In this document: positions 1 to 12,539 of the stretch, in pieces | How the letters are laid out: each line of letters begins with the position of its first letter | Position numbering within the stretch: the first letter of the stretch is position 1 | Assembly (NCBI RefSeq): GCF_006345805.1 | Contig: NC_042997.1 | Span: 109,802,001 to 109,866,000 of the forward strand | Reading direction: 5' to 3' | Length of the DNA stretch: 64,000 nucleotides | DNA from: Octopus sinensis | Lineage: Eukaryota | Notes under the pieces: model-generated | The model's input: the letters and a program-made list of their open reading frames with translations, nothing else | Told to the model about the DNA's origin: nothing | Database searches by the model: none | Position numbers and translations under genes: made by a program

Positions 1-383
1 ACCTTAACCACTTGAGCATGCCCCTTGGTGGCTGATGATATATGAATCTCTGATCACGAGCAGGAGTATGGGTGGCATCATAGCCATAGTTTGAGAGGGA
101 TTCTTTAGGGTTTTTATAATTCACTCCTAGTAACATGGGTATTTCGGTCATCATCATTAAACAATCCTTATTTAGGGACCTTTTGAGCAGGATGAGCTTC
201 TCGACCTGAACAAACTGGGACCTACATGCTTGGTCATGCCTGTGTATTTTGATACGAGATCACCATGTGGCACACGTATGGTCGTGATGCATGTGGTTGG
301 TGTACCCTTATCAGAGGGGTAGTTGAGCTGCGTATATTTGTACCCCAACGTCACTTTGATGGCGTATGCTGCTCTCTCACCCA
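1..383 (+). mobile_element. Diverged copy (cut by the window edge) of unclassified ~550-bp interspersed repeat 'E', ending in a (TAA)-like tail
   Basis: Reverse complement aligns by eye with about 59905-60300 (e.g. GGTGTACCCTTATCAGA; GTCACTTTGATGGC..TGCTCTCTCAC). Followed by AATAACAATAA. Strand assigned by treating (TAA)n as the 3' tail. Confidence 0.75.
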
Positions 384-420
384 ATAACAATAAACACTTC
401 TATTGGAAGCACAATGCCTC

Positions 421-788
421 AAATTTGTGTGGGGGGTGTTAAGATGATTTCATCAACCCCAGTGCGTGACTGGTACTTAATTTGATCGACCCCGAAATGA
501 TGAAAGCCAAATTCGACGTCGGCGGAATTTGAACTCGGAAAGTAACGACAGACGAAATACCTATTTCTTTACTACCTACAAGGGGCTAAATACAGAGAGG
601 ACAAACAAGGACAGACAAAGGGATTAAGTCGATTATATCGACCCCAGTGCGTAACTGGTACTTAATTTATCGACCCCGTAAGGATGAAAGGCAAAGTCGA
701 CCTCGGGGGTATTTGAACCCAGAACGTAACGGCAGAGGAAATACGGCTACGCATTTCGCCTGGCGTGCTAACGTTTCTGCCAGCTCGA
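421..788 (-). mobile_element. SINE-A dimer (tRNA-derived SINE with central GCCTTTCATCCTTTCGGGGTCGATAAA domain)
   Basis: Reverse complement shows head CGAGCTGGCAGAAACGTTAGCACGCC, degenerate B-box GGGTTCAAAT, the central domain and tail AAAGAAATAGGTAT. A second, more diverged monomer (421-560) is joined at GACGAAATAC|CTATTTC (551-567). Confidence 0.9.
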
Positions 789-2144
789 CTAATAATAACA
801 ACCCTTTCTTCAATCGATGTACCATTTCAATTATTCCTCGTCAGGAATACAAATAAAAATGTAGCTTTGAACAAATCCCAAAGAAGGAATGGAAACTGTA
901 GAGAAATTGCAAAACGAAACGGAAACCATAGTCTTAAAAAATAAAAAAAAAGATCTTAATAATGTATAATGTTTATTTTTGAGTAATGGAGGAAGTAAAT
1001 GGAATCACGTGATGGCAATTGTGTGGGGAATAGAAGATCTCTTGGAGTCATTTCCAAGAATGTTATCGCTGCTGCATATGTTTGTCTTGAAATTTAGTTT
1101 TTATTCGACTCCAGTTTCGACACGTTCGGATGGTTTCGCCCTTATTTGTTTAAAATGTAACTGCAACCACAGAGCAAGAGGGATTAAATCATTGACATGG
1201 AAGGACCGAGCAGAAAGAGGAAGCGGTGGTGGTGGTGGGGGGTTGTGTAGTGTAGATGATGATGTTTTGTTGATGCAATAACGAAACGCTGGATAATGAA
1301 GATAAAGAGATGAGGGGATCATTAATGAAGAGGCAGTAAAGAAAAATAATAGAAATTAATTTCGTGACAGTGGCCGGGGTGATGTGTGGATGCTGACGTG
1401 GGACATGATTCGAAAAAGAAAAAAAAGCTGCGGTTGTTTTAGTTTAAAAAAAAAGGTGATTCCTATATTTAAAAAAACAAACAGACCAAAACCTATTTTA
1501 GAAAAGTGTTGTTTAAACGTTGTGCTTCCTTAAGCCGACTAACAAGGAATCACCAGCTCCGAATATTGAGATTAATGGTTTTATGCTTGTTTAGAAAATT
1601 TACTTTATTGATATTTATTTAGCCCCCACCCACCCCTCATCTCCAGCCCTTGAGGTTTGCCAAATTTAGCCTTTATCCTCAAATGACATGATTTTACCAT
1701 TATAGAGAATTTCCAATGAAAAGATAGAAGAGTGTTATTTAAAAAGAAAATAATAGAATTTAAGAATAAAAGAAAGAAAATAACATCAGTTATTATTTTT
1801 AAATCGGGGTGGGGGCTAACGTAAAACAAGACAAAAATAAATGACTGCCATTGAAATGGTAGTTTAAAGGGTGGTGGAGTGAGAAATGGTAATTTGACTA
1901 GTGGAACGATGAGAACGACAAGAACAACGCTGATTGATTTCGATTAGGTAGAAAGCTCTTCATTTACACAAGAAAATGCGATGTAATGGTCTTCATGCCT
2001 TCCCTAACAACGTGTAAACCACTGAAGTGAAGTGGTTAAAGAATAACGGTATCATACTCCAAGAGTTTCCACTTGTTTTCAAATAAGAGAACGACAACTG
2101 TAATAAGGGTTTCACATTTTAGCACGCAAGGCCAGAAATGTTGG

Positions 2145-2311
2145 AAGAAGGGCGTAAGTCGATGGCATCGACTCAACTTCTCAACCGGTTCTTATTTTAT
2201 CGACCCACAAAATAGTCAAAATCAACATCGGTAGAATTTGAAATGTTATGGCGGAGGAAATGCCGCTCAGCATTTTGACCGGAGTGCTACCGATTCTGTC
2301 AGCCCGCCGCT
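2145..2311 (-). mobile_element. Old diverged SINE-A fragment
   Basis: Degenerate match to the SINE-A head and core (TTTTATCGACCC...GAATTTGAA...GCATTTTGACCGG..CTACCGATTCTGTCAGCCCGCCGC). Confidence 0.65.
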
Positions 2312-2366
2312 ATTGCGACGACTGCATTATGTTTAAAGTTATAAGTATTGTTACAGTATTAGAAAT

Positions 2367-2830
2367 GCGGCGAGCTGGCAGAAACGTTAGCACGCCGGGC
2401 GAAATGCGTAGCCGTACGTTCTGAGTTCACATTCCGCCGAGGTCGACTTTGCCTTTCATCCTTTCGGGGTCGATTAAATAAGTACCTATTTCTTTATTAC
2501 CCACAAGAAACACAGAGGGGACAAACAAGGACAGACATAGGTATTAAGTCGATTACATCGGCCCCAGTGCGTAACTGGTACTTAATTTATCGACCCCGAA
2601 AGGATGAAAAGCAAAGTCGACCTCGGCGGAATTTGAACTCAGAACGTAGCGGCAGACGAAATACCGCTCAGCATTTCGTCCGGCGCGCTAACGTTTCTGC
2701 CAGCTCGCCGCCTTATTAAATAGGTACCAGTTACACACTGGGGTCGATACAATCGACTTAATCAGTTTGTCTGTCCTTGTTTGTCCTCTCTGTATTTAGC
2801 CCTTTGTGGGTACTAAAGAAATAGGTATTT
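2367..2830. mobile_element. Nested SINE-A: full minus-strand copy (2487-2715) inserted into a plus-strand copy (2367-2486 + 2716-2830)
   Basis: The plus copy is interrupted at ATTAAATAAGTACC (2473-2486) and resumes at ATTAAATAGGTACC (2715-2728), which behaves as a TSD with 1 mismatch. The insert reads as a complete reverse-complement SINE-A. Confidence 0.9.
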
Positions 2831-3189
2831 TAATAAAGAAATTATTGTTACAGTATTGGTTATAGCTTGGTTTCGTTAGTAATACCAATAATATTTTTAA
2901 TGATATAATTAAAAATCATTAGAGTCAATTTGAGTGGATGGAGTAGAAAATATGGTAGCAATGTTTGTGTAAAGAATCAAGTCTACTGGAACTATATTTT
3001 GGTTGAAGGGGTATTATCAAAGAATTATATTCCAATATTACGGAATTGGAAACAACAACAGCCATTTTTGTGGGAACAGTGGGGTGGAGGACATTGGGAA
3101 GGAAGCGGACAATAATTTTCGTTTTCAGTTCTTTTCACACTGACATATCTATGTGTCTACAGATGCACACTATCACACATACACATTCT

Positions 3190-3254
3190 AAATATATATA
3201 TTATATATATATATGTGTGTGTTTATATATATATATATTATATATATGTATATA

Positions 3255-3300
<46 letters not shown>

Positions 3301-3508
3301 TATATATATATATATGTCTATATATATATATATATGTCTATATATATATATATGTCTATATATATATATGTCTATATATATATATGTCTATATATATATA
3401 AATATATATATGTCTATATATATATAAATATATATATGTCTACATATATATATATGTCTATATATATATATATATATATATAAATATATATATGTCTACA
3501 TATATATA

Positions 3509-3541
<33 letters not shown>

Positions 3542-3695
3542 AATATATATATGTCTACATATATATATATGTCTACATATATATATATATGTATATATAT
3601 ACATATATATGTATATATATATATATGTATATATATGTATATATATGTATATATATATATGTATATATATGTCTTTATATATATATATATGTCTA

Positions 3696-3742
<47 letters not shown>

Positions 3743-3960
3743 TATATATATATATATATATATATGTCTATATATATACGTATATATATAGATATATAGA
3801 TAGATAGATAGATAAAGATATAGTGTTTGTGCGTGTTTGTGAATGCACATACACACGCACATACATATATATATATGTATACAGATATCCATATATATAT
3901 ATATATATATTTCTATTTACAGATATTCATATACATACACACACACACACACACACACAC
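3190..3960. repeat. (TA)n-dominated microsatellite mosaic with (CT)n, (GATA)n and (CA)n parts
   Basis: Directly visible; source of the YI-repeat ORFs at 3046-3892. Confidence 0.97.
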
Positions 3961-4781
3961 ATGACGTTAGAGGTTGAGAGTTAAAGGAATCATTTTGCAC
4001 AATAGATATCCTCTTATAAGCAACTAATTAGTTCTTGTGAGAGAGAGCGTGTGTTTGTGTGTGTGTATGTTTGTGTGCGTGTGTGCATTACACACATTTA
4101 TAGGAGACATTAATTGCATTATCAGTGTTATTCTTGTGGTAAACAGTTCTCCTGGAACATTGTATTTGGATAGCCTTGAGAAAGAGTACACGTTTGTTTG
4201 TGTTTTAACTTAAAGACTCTAAGACAATACAGAACAAGCCAGCAGCAGCAGCGGTTTCAATTATTGTTGTGTAATGTAGTGAAAACGAAATAGACTTGGT
4301 TCAGTGTGATTTAGTTGGAGATATTTAGGTGTTTCTATTGTTCCAATGAATAATACGAATATTAAGTTAGGGCCAAGGTCGTAGCTTTATTTAGAGATTT
4401 AGTTAATGAGGAAGTCTCTTCCTGATCTCTCGACCTGTTCGAAACGGCAGGCGAGACTCTATCATATCTTGTTTAGTTTGAATAATAGGATAACACAGTA
4501 CGTAATGTACTCCTAGGTACACTGTATCGGAACAATGAATGACGGAATGACTTAGAGCGAAACTGCAGCAGTTTTATGTTATTATAAACATTGCTTGTTG
4601 TTTCGTTTTCTTCGTGTTTTGTGTAAAATTTGTTACGTTGCGCGACTGCTTTTGTAATCGTCAATATAAAAGACTTTTGTAGGTTCTCTAAGACAAAGGA
4701 CAAGAGTCTAACATCTTAATTCGTCTATTTGTTTTGCTTGTTCCAAACACGCCCGTACCAAATATTACTGTTATTATATCC

Positions 4782-5118
4782 CATCTGTTTACTACCCACA
4801 AGGGGCTAAACACAGAGAGGACAAACAAGGACAGACAAACAGATTAAGTCGATTATATCGACCCCAGTGCGTAACTGGTACTTATTTAATCGACCCCGAA
4901 AGGATGAAAGGCAAAATTGACCTCGGCGGAATTTGAACTCAGAACGTAGCGGCAGACGAAATACCTATTTCTTTACTACCCACAAGGGGTCAAACAAGGA
5001 CAGTCAATCGGATTAAGTCGATTATATCGACCCCAGTGCGTAACTGGTACTTATTTAATCGACCCCGAAATGATGAAAGGCAAAGTCGACCTCAGCGGAA
5101 TTTGAACTCAGAACTTTT
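4782..5118 (-). mobile_element. 5'-truncated SINE-A dimer with 14-bp TSD
   Basis: Two monomers joined at GACGAAATAC|CTATTTC (4955-4971); flanked by CTGTTATTATATCC at 4768-4781 and 5119-5132. Confidence 0.92.
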
Positions 5119-5527
5119 CTGTTATTATATCCGTGTTAATATTATAAAGTACCAGTGAAATACTGAGGCTCATATAATCAACTGTGTCTGCAGTGATCTT
5201 CCAAAGTTTCTATAGTTTAGCTCTTATGTGAGAAGTAACTCCTGATTTCTAAAGCTCGATACAAGGTTACGATGTTCTGGAGAGTGTGTAATCGAACGCA
5301 GTAATATCAGTCCTTGATCGATACTTTATTTTAATCGATCCCGGATGGACGAAAAGGAAAATTTAGTTTGGCAGGATTTGAACCCAGAACATAAAGATCT
5401 ATGACTAACACAGTTTGTCGGACGTTCTTACAGTTCTATATTTAAGAGATGAGGAATTATGCACATTATTTACATTATTTACATTATTTACATTTGACGG
5501 ATGTTTGTCCTCATCTTGTTTGTTGTT

Positions 5528-5570
5528 AACACATTTCAGCTGATACACCCTCCAGCCTTCATCAGGTGTC
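5528..5570 (-). ncRNA. Degenerate minimal type I hammerhead ribozyme motif (left arm)
   Basis: Reverse complement reads GACAC-CTGATGA-A-GGCTG-gagggtgtat-CAGCT-GAAA-T-GTGTT. Conserved core boxes and stem II are present; the stem III/cleavage triplet is deleted. Confidence 0.55.
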
Positions 5571-5661
5571 TTGGGCAAATTTCGAACCTGGATTCTCATT
5601 CCTAAAGTATTTTTCGATGTTGTTGCTTTTGTTGTAGTTATTATTATTATTATTATTATTA

Positions 5662-5693
<32 letters not shown>

Positions 5694-5769
5694 TCACTGC
5701 CTGGAATCAATGTCGGAATCCTGGGGTTAGTAGCCTGCGCTCCAGGTAGTGACTTGAATAATGATGATG

Positions 5770-5824
<55 letters not shown>

Positions 5825-5882
5825 TAATAATAATATCGAAAAATACCTTGGAAAGGAGAACCCAGGTTCGAAATTTCCCCAG

Positions 5883-5928
5883 GACACCTGATGAAGGCTG
5901 GAGGGCATAACAGCCGAAATGCTGTGTT
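5883..5928 (+). ncRNA. Degenerate minimal type I hammerhead ribozyme motif (right arm)
   Basis: GACAC-CTGATGA-A-GGCTG-gagggcataa-CAGCC-GAAA-TGCT-GTGTT. CUGAUGA and GAAA boxes, a perfect 5-bp stem II and stem I GACAC/GUGUU are present. The NUH triplet reads GCU, so this copy is probably inactive. Confidence 0.6.
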
Positions 5929-6365
5929 AACAACAAAGATGAGGACAAATATCCATCAAATGTAAATAAGGACGTTCTTACCATTCAACTAAGAGACAAT
6001 CATTGTTTAGTAATTTTTTTAAAAAATGAAACTTTTTCACGAAAAACAGTGTAAAAGTCATCATCATCATTGTCGTCGCCGCCATCGTCAAGGGGAATAC
6101 TGTTGCAAGCATGATGACTTTGGTGATGCTGTAAACGATGATTTTCATACGCTTGTCATCATCGTCATTGTTAGTGATCGTCAAGAAGATATCTGAGGAT
6201 GAGAGCTGCCCTCCTCCACATCTCTCCTCTCCTTAATTCTAACTTGATTTTAATCTTTTGCCCTCCTCATTTTAATCATCTCCACCACCACCACCACCAC
6301 TAGCATCATCATCATTGTCATAGTCGTCGCCGTTGTTGTACCAAACACAATGATAAACCTTCCTT

Positions 6366-6404
<39 letters not shown>

Positions 6405-6785
6405 ACCTAACCCGATTGAAACAAACAATGGAAACATGTTTTTACCATACATGTGTAGCATGAAGTTAGGTAACACATTTACAAACGTGTATGTGCGAGC
6501 GTGTGTGTCTAAGCATATATCTACAGGCATAGATATAGTTGAAAAACAACAGTAACGGCCCAGCAAACTGTATATATAGTGTACATCTTGTTAACAGATA
6601 TATTAGACTCCGCCCTAATTCTTAGTGCCCCCCCCCCGCCACTCTGTGTTTAGGCATCGTTTTGTTATTAAATGTTGGCACCAGAAGCGCGATTAATTTT
6701 ACTGTCAAGTGAGACACTGCAACACAAAAAAAAAACTGTCAATTTTAATCAACATTCTTTAAGTGATATACACACTTGTGCACTT

Positions 6786-7410
6786 ATGTATGTATGTATG
6801 CATGAATGTATGTATGTATGTATGTATGTGGTGTATATGTATGTATGTATATAGATGTATATATGTATATATATATGTATATATATATGTATATATATAT
6901 GTATATAGTATATATATATATGTATATATATATGTATATATATATATAGATATATATGTATATATATATAGTATATATGTATATATGTATATATATGTAT
7001 ATATGTATATATATGTATATATGTATATATATGTATATATGTATATATATGTATATATGTATATATATATAGTATATATGTATATATATGTATATATATA
7101 TGTATATATAGTATATATATGTATATATATGTATATATATATGTATATATATGTATATAATGTATATATATATGTATATATATGTATATATATGTATATA
7201 TATGTATATGTATATATATGTATATATATATTATATATATGTATATATATGTATATATATATATATATGTATATATATGTATATATATATTGTATATCAT
7301 ATGTATATATATATGTATATATATGTAGATATGTATAATATGTTATATATATGTGTATATATGTATATATAATATATATATATATATGTATATATGTATA
7401 TATATATTTC
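6786..7410. repeat. (TA/TG)n microsatellite with GTATATATAT-type units
   Basis: Directly visible; source of ORFs at 6749-7536. Confidence 0.97.
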
Positions 7411-8329
7411 CTGATTTCTCGTCTCTGTTCTGAATTTTCATTTGTGTTGACACATATATATTTCCCCCCTGTTACAAGAACACCCTCCCCTTACGCACAC
7501 ACACACACACACACACACACTGTGAAGTCAGACTAATCTCGTGGTCGTGCTGCTAATTTGCAATCCAGTTTCGATCCTAATCTGCTCAACTGATTTCTCC
7601 ATCATATATTTCCCACTATTAATTATTAACACAAAAAAAAGAAAAAATGAAGATATCTCCAAGAGCTGTTCTCTTCCTGCAAGTCACGGCACTAAATATG
7701 TTTGGTCTTGGTGTCTGTATGTTGCGGCCATTGATAGGCTTTCTTGCTGAGGACCCCGGGTTACATCGCTTGTTAGATCTTCGTGATATAGAGGACGGCA
7801 ATAGTTATTATATATGGTCGTGATGTGCATGTCCCGTTGCATTCTTAGTCGTATGTGATGTGTTTATCATGAGCACCATTACTTCTACTTCTATTCTTCT
7901 AAAGTCTGAACACATTTCTTTCGAAGGTCGGAGAATTAATCGGTTCGTACACCAGAGGGTGGATCACAACAGATCTGATATTCCCCGGTTTGTTGTTCCA
8001 TATCACAATCAAACTGGAGGAGCTCTTATTTGTTACGTGTCACGTTTAGTTCGGTCATCTGCTAACCATCAATTAAATATATTTCCACGTAGCCCTCCAT
8101 CTGAATGATGGTGGGAGACATATCGGCATAGCCATTTCGGCGCCGCTGATTCGACGCCGACTTATTTGACATGAGACGTTTTAATGTTTCTCTCCTTATC
8201 TGCTCGCCTCCCTCCCTCCATTTATGTGAGCATATTTCTTTTTGTATGTATGCGGAGTAGGAAAGTCGTTATGTGAATCGTATACAATTAATATGTTGTA
8301 ATCTTTCTCTCTTTTACTTCCCCTCGCTC

Positions 8330-8361
<32 letters not shown>

Positions 8362-10288
8362 CTTCTTTCTTTCTCTATATACCTACATTTCTCTATGCGC
8401 GTACTTCAAGTGCTGCAAAGCAATGTCGCCAAATTAAACTGAATTTTCAAGTCAGTCGAGTGAGAATATCTGCGTCGCAAATGCTACACCCAATCATTCC
8501 ATTCCTTCTCGATCAGGTGTTGTCTGTGCCATTTTATATAACAGGATCCTGTGTACACTCTGAAATGAAAACAAAAGACAGATAGGTCATGGCTGGAAGG
8601 CTTCTGATCAAAGGACTCCTGAATCAGTGCGGATTACACGATAACAAGAACACCATTTTTGCGTAAACCAAGTGTAATTTTGTGTTGGCAGTGATGAAAA
8701 AATACAGGAGCATGCGCAGTGATTAAGGTAATGACAGTGAATACCTGACGATGGATATGTTGGGTGGTCGTTAGTCAAAATGAAGGAAACAAGTTATATC
8801 CCTCCTGCCTCTGGATAACAATAGATATTCCGTCGTTAATCAAAGATTACAGGGAAACGCGTGTGTAATTGATTCAATGTTAGTTTGTGAACACACAACG
8901 AAAAGCGATGCAAAACAAACCAGATCTATGTCAGAATGAAATTGGAGACAATGTAAAGAGGTTTTGCGATATGTCTGTAATTGTTTTAATTATAATTGAA
9001 ATGTCGTGGATTAATTAAGGAAGCAACTTATTAACGCTCCATTAACAGGAACGGAAAGCCTGACACCACATACGTGTTCATCAACACACGTATATAATTC
9101 TCAGTTATAACAGAGAAATATTTTATTGTGCAAAGCAAGGGAAGACCAGATGACAATTAATCATTAAACGTCGAGATATTAATTAGTTAAAACGAAGAGG
9201 CACTCAAAACAGAAATTTAATTACATACAATTTAAAATTAATATTTACTATTCATTCTGAGACTTTCGAAGAAAACTGGCGTTTCTTTTCTCTGGCATTA
9301 AACGGGAAGTTGAAGATTTCTTCATCGGACTGTAAACGGTTTCTAAGCCGTATATTGGTTGTTTCGAGACAGCATGAATCGTTATGCTCTATAGAAACAG
9401 AGAAAAGTCAAAACCGATTCCCATTCAGCACTTAGAAACCGTTTCTGAGACTGAAAATTGTTTCCAGAGGGTGCGACTTTATATAAAGTGTATATCTTAT
9501 TCGGGGTGTTAGGAACACCTGACATAACCTAACTTCCATTGATTTCATTATATGCACATGTACACGCAAGCACACTCAAGTATATGTGTGTGTGTGTGTG
9601 TGCATACATATATATATGCATATATATGTATACACGTGAGGATCTTTATCACTCGCTGCATCCATATTTATACAGAAAAACACGTATATTTGTATATACA
9701 TGTGTGTGTGTGTGTGTGTGTGGCGGTGCTCTAGTATAGTCTCAGTCAAATGAATGAAACAAGTAAGACAATCGAAGAATTTATGACAGAGAAACATTCT
9801 GCCTGACGAAAGCAGGCATTTCGAAGTTACTATCAAACTTTGCTTGTCAAAGTTTTAACAAATATGTATTTTACTAAAAGTTAAATATTAAATTGATTGT
9901 TTTTTATATAACTTGACAGAAAAGCAAATATTTGCGCGCGTGCACACACATACAAAGTGATTTGTGATGTGTGTGTGTGTGTATGTATACATTTCTCGAA
10001 TTTACATTAAAATAAAAAGTTCTTTTCGCTCATATCTGGATATGATCTCAGCCATTTTTTTCTTTTTATTATTATTATGCAGGCAACAGTTTACTGAATA
10101 AGTGAAGAAATGCCATATTTGGTAACTTCCTTTGCCTTTCAGCAAACTTATTTCCCTAGAGCAGCCGTGAAATGTCTCACTTATATATTTCTCATCATCA
10201 CTTCGTCTGATGTTAAAGAAATGAGAGAGAGAGAGAAAGAGAAAGGATCGTAAGATGGGCGTTCAGTGTGGTGAATGAGAAAATATTA

Positions 10289-10351
<63 letters not shown>

Positions 10352-10523
10352 GATAATAATATATATATATATATAAAGAAGACATGTTTTCGAGTTTGTG
10401 TTATGTGTGTATATCGTGTCTACGAAAGTGCAAGTGTGTGTGTGTGTGCGTGTGTAACTGTTCGCATGTATATGCTCGAAGTTGTGTTTACAAGTGTGCT
10501 AGCTTGTGTGCGAGTAATATGCT

Positions 10524-10574
<51 letters not shown>

Positions 10575-10625
10575 ATGAGTGTCTCTGTGTGTTTATATAT
10601 ACGTGTGTGTGTGTGTGTAACTTTT
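10289..10625. repeat. (ACT)n followed by (TA)n and (TG)n tracts
   Basis: Directly visible. Confidence 0.95.
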
Positions 10626-10920
10626 GATTTCTTTATATATTCTCTGTTTCAATCCTCTTCTGCTCTGAAACGCCCAAAACGACCGTAAAATATATAATAA
10701 CTTATCATAAATCATATTTATTATTAATATTACATAACACTTCCGCTCCTACCCTCAGTCATGCGGCCATCTTTTCAACTTCTTATTTTCTTATTCTGCC
10801 TCCGCCCAACTTTTCTCTTTAGCTGCCATTCCACATTTTACATTAACGGACTGCTTCGTGTATTAATTGCCGTTCATGTTTGGCCACAGGTCTACTCTGG
10901 CCTGGCAGAACTGTAACTTA

Positions 10921-11156
10921 TAAGGCGGCGAGCTGGCAGAAACGTTAGCACGCCGGGCGAGATGCTCAGCAGTATTTCATCTGCCGTTATGTTCTGAGTT
11001 CAAATTCCGCCCAGGGTCGACTTTGCCTTTCATCCTTTCGCGGTCGATAAATTAAATACCAGTTACGTACTGGGGTCGATGTAATCGACTTAATCCCTTG
11101 GTCTGACCTTGTTTGTCCCCTCTTTGTTCAACTCCTTGTGGGTAATAAAGAAATAA
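10921..11156 (+). mobile_element. Full-length SINE-A monomer with 11-bp TSD
   Basis: Head AAGGCGGCGAGCTGGCAGAAACGTTAGC, B-box GAGTTCAAATTCC, central domain, tail AAAGAAATAAG. AGAACTGTAAC flanks it at 10907-10917 and 11156-11166. Confidence 0.93.
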
Positions 11157-12119
11157 GAACTGTAACCAATTTCCTTTAACCGATATCATCTCTCCTTATT
11201 TTTGTGTTTGGTGAACGTAGGACTACCTTCCCTAATGCGACCGTCGTTTTTAAACTGGGATGATGGCATTTGATTGAACTTCAACTGCTATTTCTTGCAG
11301 GTTTGCTGACTACGCGGGCGCACGCGTGTGTGTATATTTGTTAACAACCGATGTGTAATTGGTTATGCAGAAACATTCGTGTGTGTGTGTGTGTGGAATA
11401 GTTCAATATAAGTATTGATGGTTTATACACGTATTCGAGTAACACTCAGAAGTGTATATATTTGTGTACATTAGTGTATATATATATGTATATATATATG
11501 TTTATTTTATGCACCGTTTAGAATGAGTTTATGAATGCACATAATGTGCTAACACAGATTCACGGGCATACATTATCGACAGTGTGTATAAAGAGTGTAG
11601 ATATACAGCCACATGTACGTTTCTTTTCTGAATGCGTAGATATTACACATGAATTGAGTGGAAACGAATCCCCTTCTGGGGACCAGATGAGTTCGGAAGA
11701 TAAAGTGAACGTTCTCATATATCAACATGTTTCATTACTGTTATTTCAATAGAATATGATTCTTATATTCCCAATGAAACTGTGGCTTGTTGGCGATGAA
11801 ATTGGATTGTTATCACATATACGCCTATATCTAATATATTGAGGTCTATGTGAGTGTGTGTGTCTGTGTGTCCATGGTAACATGGGCAGGCAGGCATACA
11901 GAATATTAAACCTTGATGTAGATTCCAAAATTGTACATACAAATCTACGTTGTCTCTATCCTGTATTTTCTTGGCGAGGTTCATGACCAGTGTATGTGTG
12001 TGTGAACCTCATTTTCTCTGCAATCTTGTTAAAAAAGACATTATAGGATAACTTAATGCGTTTTTTTTTATCTTTTTTCTTTCAAACGTTTCAAATTCCA
12101 ATCGTTAAGTTGTAGCCAT

Positions 12120-12336
12120 CTGCTTCAGTCATTTGATTGTGGCCATGCTGGTGCACTGCATTTAGTTGAGCAAATCGACCCCAGAACTTATTCTTTGTAA
12201 GCCTAGTACTTATTCTATCTGTCTCTTTTGCCGAACCGCTGAGATACGGGGACGTAAACACACCACCATCGGTTGTCAAGCGATGTGGGGTGGGGGTGGG
12301 GGGAGGAAACAGATACACAAACATATACACACATAC

Positions 12337-12383
<47 letters not shown>

Positions 12384-12539
12384 TACGACGGGCTTCTTTC
12401 AGTGTCCGTCTACCAAATCCACTCACAAGGCTTTGGTCGGCCCGAGGCCATAGTAGATGACACTTGCCCAAAGTGCCACGCAGTGGGACTGAACCCGGAA
12501 CCATGTGGTTGGTAAGCAAGCTACTTACCACACAGCCAC
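12120..12539 (-). mobile_element. SINE-B (tRNA-derived head, CORE-like ACCTTGGGCAAGTG-type domain, internal (TA)n)
   Basis: Reverse complement begins TGTGGCTGTGTGGTAAGTAGCTTGCTTACCAACCACATGGTTCCGGGTTCAGTCCC (A- and B-box-like); near-identical to 58583-58978. Confidence 0.9.

Larger units (their letters stand above)
5432..5969. mobile_element. Inverted (head-to-head) dimer of a composite non-autonomous retroelement: tRNA-like head + (AAT)n + Penelope-like tail; 12-bp TSD
   Basis: Left arm (about 5480-5705) is the reverse complement of the right arm (5741-5969). GGACGTTCTTAC flanks the element at 5420-5431 and 5970-5981. The left tail ends in (AATGTAAAT)x3. Confidence 0.85.
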
